Of a stretch of 64,000 nt of DNA, positions 17,965-27,744 are shown piece after piece. The position numbers and the translations under genes are program-made. Source of the DNA: a virus (lineage: Duplodnaviria > Caudoviricetes); the IMG/VR virus record IMGVR_UViG_2927464213_000002, positions 57,914 to 121,913 of that record; one strand, written 5' to 3'. Position 1 is the first letter of the stretch. Every line of letters starts with the position of its first letter. Below the pieces are notes generated by a model. It worked only from the letters and a program-made list of their open reading frames with translations. It was not told where the DNA came from and made no database searches.

Positions 17965-19563
17965 ATGGCCGACACTCAGATCAAATACACCCCGTCCCCC
18001 AAGACGGGTAATCCCGGGCAGCTCTCGTCTGCCGCGGAAACGATGCAGACCCGCACCGCGATGCTCCGCGCCGTCTACGGCGGCACGGAGACCATGCGGG
18101 CACAGGGCGCCACCTTCCTTCCGCAATACGAGAAGGAGTCGGACACCCGGTACCAGGCACGACTGGCTTCCACGTTCGCTCTCAACAAGCTCAGGGAGGC
18201 CGTGGATGCGGCTTCCGCCAAGCCCTTCCGAACCCTGCTGAAGGTCCAGAACGGCGATCCTGACCTCGATCTGTGGACCCAGGACATCGATTTGCAGGGC
18301 AACCACCTGCACATCTTCGGGCACCAGTATTTCAACAACTCGATGCTCGACGGCATGTGCCACCTTCTGGTGGACCATCCCGATACCTACAACATGAAGA
18401 GCCTCGCCGATCAGAAGGCATCCGGCGCTCGCCCCTTCATGAAGATGTACAAGGTCGACGACGTGGCAGCTGCCTACGACATGTATGTCGGCGGCGACAC
18501 CAAGACCGTCCACGTCCGCATCCGCAGCCAGCGCGCCGAGCGCGACGGCTTCAAGGAGGTGCTCTACAACCAGATCCGCGTGATCGAGATTGACCCGACC
18601 AAGACGTCGGGCATCGTGCAGCTCTGGGAGCAGAAGGCTCAGTCCGGCGGCTCGAACTGGGACTTCATCGAAGAGACCCCGCTGCAGAACATGGCCGAGG
18701 TTCCCTTCGTGACCATGTATGCCGGCGAAAAGGAAGCCGACTACCTGGCTCGGCCGATCTTCATCGATCTCGCCTACAAGCAGATCGAGCACTGGATCTC
18801 CAGCTCGGACCAGCGGTCGATCCTGTCGGCGGCGCGCTTCCCGATGCTGGCGTGCTCCGGCGTCCAGATCGACCCGGAAGACGAGAAGCAGTTCGCGATC
18901 GGCCCCTACAAGGTGCTCTACGCGCCGGAAGCCAATGGCCGCTGGTACTACGTCGAGCCCCGCGGCACGGCGATCGAGAGCGGCGCCAAGGATCTCGACA
19001 AGCTCGAAATGCAGATGGACATGATGGCGCTCAACCCGGTCACGGGCACGCACCGTCAGTACGTGCCGCAGAACGAGCGCGACATCCAGGAAACGCGGGT
19101 CCACTCCGTCGTCCACGACATGGCGATCAACTGCCAGGACGCGCTGGAGAAGGCGATCAAGTTCATGGGGCAGTGGACCGGCAAGGACTACAGCCAGGTC
19201 CAGGTGATCCTGAACACCGAGTTCTCGAACACCAAGGATCGGATCGAGGAGGTGAAGCAGCTCGTCGCCATGTACGAGAAGCGCGGCATCTCGCGAGAGA
19301 CCCTGTTGCGCGAAGTCTACAAGCGGAACCTGCTCGGCGACGATTTCAACATTCAGAACGAGCTGACCGCGCTGGCAGCGATCGACCAGGCCCTCACGGC
19401 CGGCACCGATCCGAACGCCAGCGCCACCGACCCAGCCGCCGCCCCGTCGAAGACGACGGACCCGGCAGCGGCCAACAGCAACACGCCTGCAAACGGAACC
19501 GGGGGTACCCCGAAGACGTTTGATTTCCCCAACAATCAGGATCGGCCCAAAAAGCAAATCTGA
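17965..19563 (+). CDS. Portal protein (DUF4055-like)
   Basis: Follows terL; GGTETMRAQG..FLPQ..KESD..YQARL; ISRETLLRE. Confidence 0.88.
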   Translation: MADTQIKYTPSPKTGNPGQLSSAAETMQTRTAMLRAVYGGTETMRAQGATFLPQYEKESDTRYQARLASTFALNKLREAVDAASAKPFRTLLKVQNGDPDLDLWTQDIDLQGNHLHIFGHQYFNNSMLDGMCHLLVDHPDTYNMKSLADQKASGARPFMKMYKVDDVAAAYDMYVGGDTKTVHVRIRSQRAERDGFKEVLYNQIRVIEIDPTKTSGIVQLWEQKAQSGGSNWDFIEETPLQNMAEVPFVTMYAGEKEADYLARPIFIDLAYKQIEHWISSSDQRSILSAARFPMLACSGVQIDPEDEKQFAIGPYKVLYAPEANGRWYYVEPRGTAIESGAKDLDKLEMQMDMMALNPVTGTHRQYVPQNERDIQETRVHSVVHDMAINCQDALEKAIKFMGQWTGKDYSQVQVILNTEFSNTKDRIEEVKQLVAMYEKRGISRETLLREVYKRNLLGDDFNIQNELTALAAIDQALTAGTDPNASATDPAAAPSKTTDPAAANSNTPANGTGGTPKTFDFPNNQDRPKKQI

Positions 19564-20088
19564 TTGACGGGTGCAAATGCACATGGTAGGTGGCGCGTCC
19601 CATGGCTGAGATCGTACTGGAACTGAAAGCCGAGCAATATTTCTGCGAGCCCTGCTCATTGAAGCAGGGCACGCTGGTGCGCGAGCTTGTGCGGATGATC
19701 CCGAAGTCCGTGGTTCTGTTCGATAAGCTGGTCGGGGACGAGTACTACTGCTGCCCGATCTGCTTCGAGCCCAAGTTCACGGTCAAGGGCAAGAAGAAGG
19801 TCAAGCATGGCGCGAAAGATCCCAAAGTGGCAGCACATTCTGAACCTGGAAGCGCGGGCGAAAGGCCTCCCGGCCCCGTACTTGTCACCTGACGACGATC
19901 CTCCGATGCCCTCCGGCAGCCTTCCGCGGCCGGAGGTATTGGGTGCTCCGCCCGGCGACAAACACGTCCAGCAGATAGCAGGAGATGTCAGGATGGCTCG
20001 CAACGTCGGGCTGGCCTTCCTGCTCGGGAAGGCGGTTCCCGCCCTGTTTGCGCTGTGGCTGATCTGGCTTTTCTTCGGCAAGCACTGA

Positions 20089-20158
20089 TTTGCATTTTCT
20101 TTGGATCGACCCTTGACAGAACCCCCATATCATGCGTATAGATTTGCTTGAATGCAAA
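20089..20158 (+). promoter_or_regulatory. Sigma70-like promoter with palindromic operator
   Basis: GATCGACCCTTGACA, then TATAGA, then TTTGCTTGAATGCAAA (20143-20158); shares GATCGACCCTTGAC with 3578-3591. Confidence 0.65.
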
Positions 20159-20453
20159 TGGAGTGACCGTGCAGCTCTTCCTCAGCAAAAACCTCGTCCA
20201 AGCCTTCCGCCTGCCACTTTGGGGTCAGGTCGCTGACGAGACGCCGCCGCATTGGCTGGTGACCCGCATCCAAGCGGGCGAGCTGGAGATGAACAGCCTG
20301 GGCGGTCTGACGATGAGCACGCCCTTCGGCGTGCAGTCCTGCAGCGCAGGCGACATCGTCGTCTTCTACGCCGACAATTCGATCGGGTTCGAGAAGCCCG
20401 AGGCCTTCGAGCGGGACTTCGCTCCCGTGGAGGAAATTTCTCTGGCTGCCTGA
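20148..20453 (+). CDS. Hypothetical phage protein (start probably GTG about 20169)
   Basis: AGDIVV...KPEAFERDF C-terminal motif common in phage proteins. Confidence 0.6.
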   Translation: MNANGVTVQLFLSKNLVQAFRLPLWGQVADETPPHWLVTRIQAGELEMNSLGGLTMSTPFGVQSCSAGDIVVFYADNSIGFEKPEAFERDFAPVEEISLAA

Positions 20454-20706
20454 GCGCTCGGTTAGGCTCTGCCTGCGAGATAGCGAAAGGCACACCGTAT
20501 GGGTGCCCGCTCACACCAGCTCTCACTCCGACTTCTAGCCCGCCAGGATCAATCGCCTGGCGGGTCTTTTTACGTCGTGGGTTCGCGCGCTCCTGGGTTC
20601 CTCCAGTAGAGCGCGATTTCAGCGGTCTCAGCTCGCATCCTGCACAAGACGGGCAGAGATACCAAAAGAGCGCGCCGCACGCCCGCGCCGCCGCTGAACA
20701 AATTCT

Positions 20707-20782
20707 TGGCATGTAGCTCAGCCGGTAGAGCGCCTCGCTGTTAACGAGGGTGTCGCAGGTTCGAGACCTGCCGTGCCAGCCA
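20707..20782 (+). tRNA. tRNA-Asn(GTT)
   Basis: Acceptor TGGCATG/CGTGCCA, TAGCTCAG..GGTAGAGC D arm, CCTCG-CTGTTAA-CGAGG anticodon arm, GCAGG-TTCGAGA-CCTGC T arm, G-CCA end. Confidence 0.93.
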
Positions 20783-20950
20783 ACACCAATTCGCCAGTAC
20801 CGATCAACCGAGCTTCCGGGACGGACCTCGACCGATCGCTGCTGGCAACTCCGATTCCCCCGCTCCTGGGGGATATCACCGGACCTCACGGCGGGACGCC
20901 TGGGGTCTTTTATCACGAGGGGCGGGATGCCCCGCATTTCCGGGATGGAT

Positions 20951-21838
20951 ATGCTCAAAGCAGTCGTTACTGATCTCAATGAACTCGACGAGGGCCTCCG
21001 CGGCTACTACGTGCAGAAGGACGGGAAGTTCTTCCTGAACGTCACGCCGATCGATGGTTTCCAACTCGACAACACCCAGGGCCTGAAGACGGCGCTCGGT
21101 GCGGAACGCAACAACGTTTCCGTGCTCCAGGCGCAGCTGAAGCCCTACGAAGGCCTCGACGCCGCCGCGGCTCGCACCGCGATCGAGCGTGTCACCGCCT
21201 TCGGAGACATCACGCCGGAAGCCGCCAAGACGGCGGTCGAAACGGCGGCACGACTGTCTGCACTCGATCCCACGAAAGAGGCTGAGCAGATCGCCAACAC
21301 CAAGGTTGAGACCCTCAAGGGTCAGCTCCAGGCACAGTGGACTGTGCGTGAGACCGAGCTGACCACCGAGGTCAAGGGCCTGAAGTCGGCGAACGAAAGC
21401 CTGACGGGGCAACTGAAGAACTTGATGGGCGACAGCCAGATCAAGTCTGAGGTCGCAAAAGCCAACCCACTGGACGACGCGCGGGATGCCGTCGAACTCC
21501 TGGTGAGCAAGTTCGTCCGCACGTCCATGAAGGACGGGGAAGTCGTCGTCGATGTCATCGACGAGAAGGGCAACCCCCGCATCAAGGATCACACGGGCGC
21601 CGCGTTCACCGTCGCTGATCTCGTCGGCGAGATCCGCGAAAGCCGTGCTGCTCTCTTCAAGCCCGACGAGAAGCGCGGTCTGGGGACCAACCCCAGCAAC
21701 CACAGCGCACCGCCGGCCGGTGGGGTCACGAACCCCTGGGCCAAGGAAACGCGCAACATCACCCAGCAGATGGTGCTGGAAAATACCAAACCCGAACTGG
21801 CCAAGCAGCTCAAGGCTGCAGCCGGCGTCACGGACTAA
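20951..21838 (+). CDS. Capsid scaffolding protein
   Basis: Directly before the capsid gene; coiled coil; NPWAKETRNITQQ...PELAKQLKAAAG tail. Confidence 0.8.
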   Translation: MLKAVVTDLNELDEGLRGYYVQKDGKFFLNVTPIDGFQLDNTQGLKTALGAERNNVSVLQAQLKPYEGLDAAAARTAIERVTAFGDITPEAAKTAVETAARLSALDPTKEAEQIANTKVETLKGQLQAQWTVRETELTTEVKGLKSANESLTGQLKNLMGDSQIKSEVAKANPLDDARDAVELLVSKFVRTSMKDGEVVVDVIDEKGNPRIKDHTGAAFTVADLVGEIRESRAALFKPDEKRGLGTNPSNHSAPPAGGVTNPWAKETRNITQQMVLENTKPELAKQLKAAAGVTD

Positions 21839-21953
21839 ACCCCAACACGCTCATTCATTCGCAACCGCCGGGACGTTCGCGCCCCGGCGTTTGCATGAAT
21901 GCAAAAAGCTGCACCCAAAGAGGGCAAAGGCCAGTCAAACTCAAGAGTGAGAA

Positions 21954-22934
21954 ATGACTGAGACTCGTCTCGCGGACATGATCGTCCCGACCAAGTTCAA
22001 CAAGTACGTCCAGGTGCTCTCGACGCAGAAGTCGGAGCTGTTCCAGTCGGGGATCATCACCGACCTCTCTAGCGTCATCGACGCCGAGATCGAAGGCAAG
22101 ACGGTCAACATGCCGTTCTTCAACGACCTCGACGCCTCCGACGCCGAGCAGATCCTCGACGACACGACCGACCTGACCGTCAGCAAGATGACGACCGGCC
22201 AGGACGTGGCCGTGAAGCTTCTGCGCGGCAAGGCGTTCGGTTCGAGCGACCTCGCGGCCGACCTGTCCGGCGCGGACCCGATCGACGCGATCGCCAACCG
22301 TTTCGCCGACTGGTGGAACAAGCGCATGCAGACCGCTCTGCTCGCGACCCTGGCCGGCGCCATGGGCTCGACCGACATGGCGGCCAACGTCAACGACATC
22401 TCCACCCTGACCGGTGGTGCCGAGAACTTCGACGCCGACTCGTTCATCGACGCAGCCTTCTTGCTCGGCGACGAGCAGGGCGGTCTGAACGCCGTGGCCG
22501 TCCACTCGCTGACCCTGAAGGCGATGGTGAAGGCCGACCTGATCGACTTCGTGCCCGACTCCCAGGGCAAGCTGACGATCCCGACCTACCTCGGCAAGAC
22601 CGTCATCGTCGACGACAGCATGCCGGTGACCGGCTCCGGTGCAAACCGCGTGTTCACCACCTACATCTTCGGCCCCGGCGCGGTCGGCTTCGGCGAGAAG
22701 TCGCCCAAGGTGCCGGTGGAAGTCGAGCGCCAGGCTCTGAAGGGCATGGGCCAGGAGTACATCGTGAACCGTCGCCAGTGGGTCATGCATCCGCGTGGCG
22801 TCAAGTGGCTCGGCACGAACCAGGCCGGCGTGACCCCGTCGAACACCGAGCTGGCCGACGTCGCCAACTGGAAGCGCGTCTACGAAGCGAAGATCATCCG
22901 CATCGTGGCGTTCAAGCACAAGCTGGCCGCCTAA
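21954..22934 (+). CDS. Major capsid protein
   Basis: TRLADMIVP..F..YV...QSGII...GKTVNMPFFNDL...HPRGVKW...ELA...NWKRVY..K.I.IV. Confidence 0.9.
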   Translation: MTETRLADMIVPTKFNKYVQVLSTQKSELFQSGIITDLSSVIDAEIEGKTVNMPFFNDLDASDAEQILDDTTDLTVSKMTTGQDVAVKLLRGKAFGSSDLAADLSGADPIDAIANRFADWWNKRMQTALLATLAGAMGSTDMAANVNDISTLTGGAENFDADSFIDAAFLLGDEQGGLNAVAVHSLTLKAMVKADLIDFVPDSQGKLTIPTYLGKTVIVDDSMPVTGSGANRVFTTYIFGPGAVGFGEKSPKVPVEVERQALKGMGQEYIVNRRQWVMHPRGVKWLGTNQAGVTPSNTELADVANWKRVYEAKIIRIVAFKHKLAA

Positions 22935-22969
22935 TCGTCAGCCCCCTGACGGTTAACAGCTGAAACACA

Positions 22970-23008
22970 AGACCCTCCTTAGCTCTCGAAGCTGGGGAGG
23001 GTTCTTTG
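22970..23008 (+). terminator. Probable terminator after the capsid gene
   Basis: ACCCTCCTTAGC...GCTGGGGAGGGT hairpin followed by TCTTT. Confidence 0.6.
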
Positions 23009-23026
23009 TGACTCTGGAGAACAAGA

Positions 23027-23377
23027 ATGCTTGGAGCAAAAGGCTTCCGCACTCGTGAAGCGACCGCGAACTATAAGCGTCGCGTCCGCAAGCTCGTGCC
23101 GGATGACGTCCGGGCCGCTCGCTTCGCCAACCTGCACGGCAACGACGAGCCCGAGCTGGAAACGGTCGAGCCCGAAGCCGAGGTCGAGGTGACTGCGGAG
23201 ACGCAGCCCGAGCAGACCGAAGCGCCGGCTGACGAAGCCAGTGAGGCCGCTGACGAAGCTGGCGATGAATCCGGCGACGAAGGCGAGGGCGACAGCGAAG
23301 CTGCCCCGGAAACGGATGGCAAGCCCGCAACGCCGAAGAAGAAGAGCGGCAAGACCGCGAAGAAGAAGTCCGAGTAA
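23027..23377 (+). CDS. Acidic low-complexity head-associated protein
   Basis: GGAG RBS; Glu-rich centre and Lys-rich tail. Confidence 0.6.
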   Translation: MLGAKGFRTREATANYKRRVRKLVPDDVRAARFANLHGNDEPELETVEPEAEVEVTAETQPEQTEAPADEASEAADEAGDESGDEGEGDSEAAPETDGKPATPKKKSGKTAKKKSE

Positions 23378-23392
23378 TCGGCAGGAGTGGTC

Positions 23393-23812
23393 ATGGGATA
23401 CGCGACGAAGGAAGACATCGACGAGCTTTACGGCACCGACCTCCTCGTCAAGATCGCTGACTACGACCGTGACGGTACGCCAGACCCCCTCGTTGTTGAC
23501 AAGGGGCTCTTGGCGGCCGACGAGATTTGCGACGCCTACCTGTCAGCCCAGTACACGATCCCAGTTGATCCCACGCCCGGCGTGGTGAAGAACTGCGCGA
23601 TCGACATCGCGGTCTACAAGATCGCGCTCGGGCGCGGCGGCCGAACCGACGAAATGCGCGTCCGGTACGAGGATGCGCTGGCGCTGCTTGAGAAGATTTC
23701 GACCGGCAAGGTTGGCCTCGGGCTGCCGCCGGAGACCGATCCGGACACCGGAGAGACGACGAATCCGAACGTCAAGCGTTCCGGAGGGTCGTTCGACTGC
23801 GGTAGGGCGTAA
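23393..23812 (+). CDS. Head-tail adaptor (Mu gp36/DUF1320-like)
   Basis: YAT.EDI...YG...EICDAYL...Y.IP...DIAVY...RYEDAL..LEKISTGK. Confidence 0.85.
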   Translation: MGYATKEDIDELYGTDLLVKIADYDRDGTPDPLVVDKGLLAADEICDAYLSAQYTIPVDPTPGVVKNCAIDIAVYKIALGRGGRTDEMRVRYEDALALLEKISTGKVGLGLPPETDPDTGETTNPNVKRSGGSFDCGRA

Positions 23813-24282
23813 TGCCCTCTGTCAGCGTCAGGATGAATGCTGAGTCTCTGGCTCAGCTGAACAAGCGGATCACCCAGCTCCTGCAAGACGCGGAGCACAT
23901 GGAGCCGGTCTGGCAGCAAGCCGCCGAGTACATGGTCCGTTCGACGCAGAACCGCATCAACAAGACCCAGACCAGTCCGACCGGAGAGCGTTGGGCGGGC
24001 CTCGCGGCGCTGACCATCAAGCTGAAGGGCACCGACTGGCCGCTGTATGCGACCGGCAAGCTCGTCGGTGGCATCCACACGGGCGACGTCGACAACCACG
24101 GCTTCCAGGTCATCTCCGACGCCCCGTACAGCTCGTACGTCCAGGACGGCGTGAAAAACAGCCGCGGAAAGTACAAGAAGAAATCGACGCCGCATTCGCC
24201 AGCTCGCCCGTTCATGGGCTTCTCCGCTGAGAACGCGCGGCGCATCAGCAAGATGATCCGCGATCACCTGAAAGCAAGATAA
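23812..24282 (+). CDS. Virion morphogenesis/tail completion protein (Mu gpG-like)
   Basis: SPTGERWAGL...LYATGKL...PARPFMGFS. Confidence 0.8.
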   Translation: MPSVSVRMNAESLAQLNKRITQLLQDAEHMEPVWQQAAEYMVRSTQNRINKTQTSPTGERWAGLAALTIKLKGTDWPLYATGKLVGGIHTGDVDNHGFQVISDAPYSSYVQDGVKNSRGKYKKKSTPHSPARPFMGFSAENARRISKMIRDHLKAR

Positions 24283-24863
24283 TGAGCGCGATCGTCAACT
24301 TCCGAACCAACGTCATTGAGGCCATCAATGCCATCGCACCCGAGATGAACGTCGACTGGTACGATGGTCTCTTTGACGAGAAGGACATTGCAGACTGGAC
24401 GCTGAAGACGCCTTGCGCTCGCGTCGCGGTCATGAACGTCCCGACCGAGCATCACTCGACCGGCGAGCTGAACGCTTGCCTCCGCGTGGTTGTCGTCATC
24501 ATCGACGAGAACCGCTACGTCCAGATGGACGGCGACGCGAACGCGTGGGACCTGGTCGAGAAGGTCGCCATCATGGCGAACCTGAACACCTTCGGCGACC
24601 CCAACGCAGCGCCCGCCACGAAGGTCATCTTCAAACGCATCAGCCAGCCAGAGCTGCGACGAGAAGGCATCGCTGTCGGCATCGTTGAATGGACGAGTGA
24701 CTTGATGATCGGCCGGAACCGGTCGGTCGAGCGCTCGTACTTCTTCCTCAACGGTGAACGGATCAACAAGGTGCCCCGCAGCCGCGTCACGGCGCTCGGC
24801 CAGATCAATCTGGCAAGCGGCGCCCACGCCGAAGAGACGCTGGACATCACCCCAGAGGACTAA
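24282..24863 (+). CDS. Tail terminator-like protein (Mu gp37-like)
   Basis: Position and size; TAATG coupling. Confidence 0.55.
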   Translation: MSAIVNFRTNVIEAINAIAPEMNVDWYDGLFDEKDIADWTLKTPCARVAVMNVPTEHHSTGELNACLRVVVVIIDENRYVQMDGDANAWDLVEKVAIMANLNTFGDPNAAPATKVIFKRISQPELRREGIAVGIVEWTSDLMIGRNRSVERSYFFLNGERINKVPRSRVTALGQINLASGAHAEETLDITPED

Positions 24864-24868
24864 CCGCC

Positions 24869-26269
24869 ATGCGCGCTCTGCTCGCTATGGAGCGGCGAAT
24901 GCAGGATCTTGAACGCAAGATCCAAGGCAAAGAGCGGCTCGGCAAGATCGTCGACGTCAAGTTCGAGAAGCAGCGCTGGTACGTCAAGCTCAACGATGGG
25001 CAGGACGACACGCCGAGCGGCTCGGGCGGCAAGCGCGGCGACACAGTGAAGAGCGATTGGCAGCCGTGGAAGAGCTTCTCCCACGGAACCATCAAGTCGT
25101 CGGTCCCTCCCAAGAAAGGCCAGTACGCGCTGCTCCGCGGCGTCAACGGCATGATGGAGCTGGCAACCGCCGAGCCCTACCACTACGGCCCCGAGACCCC
25201 GTCGCCCCACGACAAGCCGGACGAAGTTGTCCACTTGGTCGAGGACGAAGAGGATCAGAAGAACGGCGGTCAGCAGGGCGGCTCATCCGGCGGTGCCGGC
25301 GGCGCATCTGATGGCGGCCAACAGGGCAACGACAAGTACAGCACCTGGCAGCGGGTCACGAAGAACACGCACCACCTGATCATCCAGAAGAAGGGCGCCA
25401 ACATGGACGCCATGGGTGATCTCGGCGGTCTCGCTGGAATGGCCGGCCTCAACGGCCTGGACATGTCCAACTTCACCAGCGCGATCGGCAACCTCGGCAA
25501 CATGGGTGGTCTCGCCAACCTGAACCTCGCCAACGTCGCGGACTTTGGCCAAATCAGCAGCCTGATCAACATCAGCAACATGTCGGGCTTCGCCAACCTC
25601 GGACAGCTCGCGCAGCTGCAGGGCCTGACGAACCTGACCTCGGTCGGCAACATCGTTCAGACCGTCCAGAGCGTCCTTGCCGGCGGCAGCTTCCAGGCTC
25701 CCGGTGGCGCAGCTGGTGCTGACGGGCAGGGTGCCGGTCAGAAGCAGCAGGCCTCCCGCAAGATCCCGCAGGTCGAAGAGGAAGGCCACTCAGACACCAC
25801 TCAGGTGCTGGCGGACCAGGAGAAGATCGTCAAGACGGTCGGCGACAAGAAGTCGTTCTACCGCCAGGACGAGGAGAAGGTCCACCTCCGCTACGGCGAG
25901 GATGGCGAAAAGGCCGATGTCGTCATGGACAAGGATCAGGTCAAGATCCAGTTCAAGGACAAGACCGCCATCATCAAGTGGACCGAGAACGACCTGAACC
26001 TTTCGTTCGGTGAGGACAAGGCGAACATCAAGCTCGATGACTCCTCGATCGTCGTCAGCCAGGGCAAGGACAAGACCAAGGTCACGATCCAGGAAAGCTA
26101 CGTCGAAGTGAAGGGCGCCTCCGAGTGCTCCTGCGGCGTGGATGGACGCTGGGTCTACATCAACGGCGGCCGAGTGAACCTCGGCGTCGCTGGCCCGAAG
26201 GAGATGGCCGACAAACGAGTGATGACCGAGTCCGGTCCCTCGCAGGTCGTCTGGGCCAAGATCGCGTAA
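24869..26269 (+). CDS. Baseplate spike protein (P2 gpV-like) with a low-complexity insertion
   Basis: N-terminal GKIVDV...SDWQPW...PPKKGQ OB-fold pattern; beta-strand repeat C-terminus. Confidence 0.7.
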   Translation: MRALLAMERRMQDLERKIQGKERLGKIVDVKFEKQRWYVKLNDGQDDTPSGSGGKRGDTVKSDWQPWKSFSHGTIKSSVPPKKGQYALLRGVNGMMELATAEPYHYGPETPSPHDKPDEVVHLVEDEEDQKNGGQQGGSSGGAGGASDGGQQGNDKYSTWQRVTKNTHHLIIQKKGANMDAMGDLGGLAGMAGLNGLDMSNFTSAIGNLGNMGGLANLNLANVADFGQISSLINISNMSGFANLGQLAQLQGLTNLTSVGNIVQTVQSVLAGGSFQAPGGAAGADGQGAGQKQQASRKIPQVEEEGHSDTTQVLADQEKIVKTVGDKKSFYRQDEEKVHLRYGEDGEKADVVMDKDQVKIQFKDKTAIIKWTENDLNLSFGEDKANIKLDDSSIVVSQGKDKTKVTIQESYVEVKGASECSCGVDGRWVYINGGRVNLGVAGPKEMADKRVMTESGPSQVVWAKIA

Positions 26270-26284
26270 CAAGGAACAAGAACA

Positions 26285-26512
26285 ATGCCGCAATACACCG
26301 TCGACAAGGAAATCTGGCTGGGCGGGCTGAAGCAGCCCGTTGGCAAGGTCGTGACCCTCACCGAGGGGCAGGCCAAGTATCTCGGCCACGCTCTGACCAA
26401 GGTCGAGGACAAGCCGGCTCCGGCCGCTCCCGCCAAGAAGGCAAAGACTGGCGCAGCTTCGGCTGCCGGCGCAGTCGTGACGGAGACCTCTGCGGATGGC
26501 GCTGGCAACTGA
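26285..26512 (+). CDS. Small hypothetical baseplate-region protein
   Basis: VTLTEGQAKYL motif; AGGA RBS. Confidence 0.6.
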   Translation: MPQYTVDKEIWLGGLKQPVGKVVTLTEGQAKYLGHALTKVEDKPAPAAPAKKAKTGAASAAGAVVTETSADGAGN

Positions 26513-26852
26513 GCACCTGATCGATATCGACCGGAAGACGGGCGAATACGTTCAGGGCTGGCCGCGCATTAAGCAGTCCATCGAGACCATCCTCACCACG
26601 CGCATCGGCGTTCGGCTGATGCGGCTGTGGTGGGGTTCGAACTTCATCAACATGCAGGACAAGCCGGGTAACGAGGAAACCCTCATGACCGGCATGATGG
26701 CAGCGATCTCCGCCATCAACACCTACGAACCGGAGTTCAAGGTGTCCCGCGTGTCAGTCGATGCATTCGACTCATCCGGCGAAATCACCATCACAATTGA
26801 GGGCGTCGACCTGATCGACGCGCAGCTCAAGCGAACAAAAACAACAATCTAA
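26496..26852 (+). CDS. Baseplate wedge/sheath initiator (gpW/gp25-like)
   Basis: IKQSIETILTTRIG.RLMR..WGS...YEPE. Confidence 0.88.
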   Translation: MALATEHLIDIDRKTGEYVQGWPRIKQSIETILTTRIGVRLMRLWWGSNFINMQDKPGNEETLMTGMMAAISAINTYEPEFKVSRVSVDAFDSSGEITITIEGVDLIDAQLKRTKTTI

Positions 26853-26864
26853 GGCGAGGGCCTG

Positions 26865-27743
26865 ATGCCGAACTACGAGTCTCCCGCGCTTTACATCGAC
26901 TTCGCGCGGCTGCCGCCGCCCGACGTAATCGAGACCATCGACTTCGAAGTGCTGCTCAAGCGGTACCAGGACGACGTCCTCTCCAAGAACGACAAGCTGG
27001 CGGCTGCTCTGAAGCTTGAGCAGTCGCCCACCAACATCGTCCTGGAGGCAGAAGCCTACGGCGAGATGTTGGTGCGAGCCCGCATCAACGCGGCGGCCCG
27101 TGCCGTCATGCTGGCCTTCTCCAAGGGCGGCGATCTCGACAACCTGGCCGCCTTCTTCGGCGTCGAGCGCGCTGCCGGCGAAACGGACGAAAGCGTGCGC
27201 CGCCGAGCCCAGCTCGCGCCCGAGGCCTTCACGACCGCGGGCTCCGAAGGCGCCTACATCTTCCAGGCGCTCACTGCCGACCCGGCCAACGTCCGCGACG
27301 CCACTGCGGTCAAGATGGACGACAAGGGCAGGGTCAAGATCACGGTCATGGCACGCGGATCCAATCCGGTGCCGACCAAGGCAACCATCCTCCTGGTCCG
27401 TGACCGCATCAATTCGAAGGGCATTCGGCCGCTCACCGACGTCGTCAACGTCGTGCCGGTCAAGCCGATCACCGCTCAGATCGTCGCGAACATCTGGCTC
27501 TATCCGGGCCCCGATGCATCGCTGGTGATGGCCGACATCGCCAAGGCGCTGCAGAAGGTCCGGGACAACGTATCGCTGATCGGCCGAGACCTGACCAGGT
27601 CCGCGATCATTTCGGCCCTCAACCAGGAGGGCGTCCAGTCGGTTGATCTGATCTCGCCGGCAGAGAATGTCGTCGCCGGCACCGACCAGAGCGTCATCAT
27701 CGAAAGCGCCGCGATCACGCCGCAGCAGCTCAGGGTGGAGTAA
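26865..27743 (+). CDS. Baseplate J protein
   Basis: LPPPDVIETIDFE...RINAAARAVMLA...DLDNLAA...TAGSEGAY...RPLTD. Confidence 0.93.
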   Translation: MPNYESPALYIDFARLPPPDVIETIDFEVLLKRYQDDVLSKNDKLAAALKLEQSPTNIVLEAEAYGEMLVRARINAAARAVMLAFSKGGDLDNLAAFFGVERAAGETDESVRRRAQLAPEAFTTAGSEGAYIFQALTADPANVRDATAVKMDDKGRVKITVMARGSNPVPTKATILLVRDRINSKGIRPLTDVVNVVPVKPITAQIVANIWLYPGPDASLVMADIAKALQKVRDNVSLIGRDLTRSAIISALNQEGVQSVDLISPAENVVAGTDQSVIIESAAITPQQLRVE

Positions 27744-27744
27744 C

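Noticed and set aside
20480-20512. c-di-GMP-I riboswitch
   Set aside because: Only a GCGAAAGGCAC resemblance; the two-hairpin GNRA/receptor architecture could not be matched.
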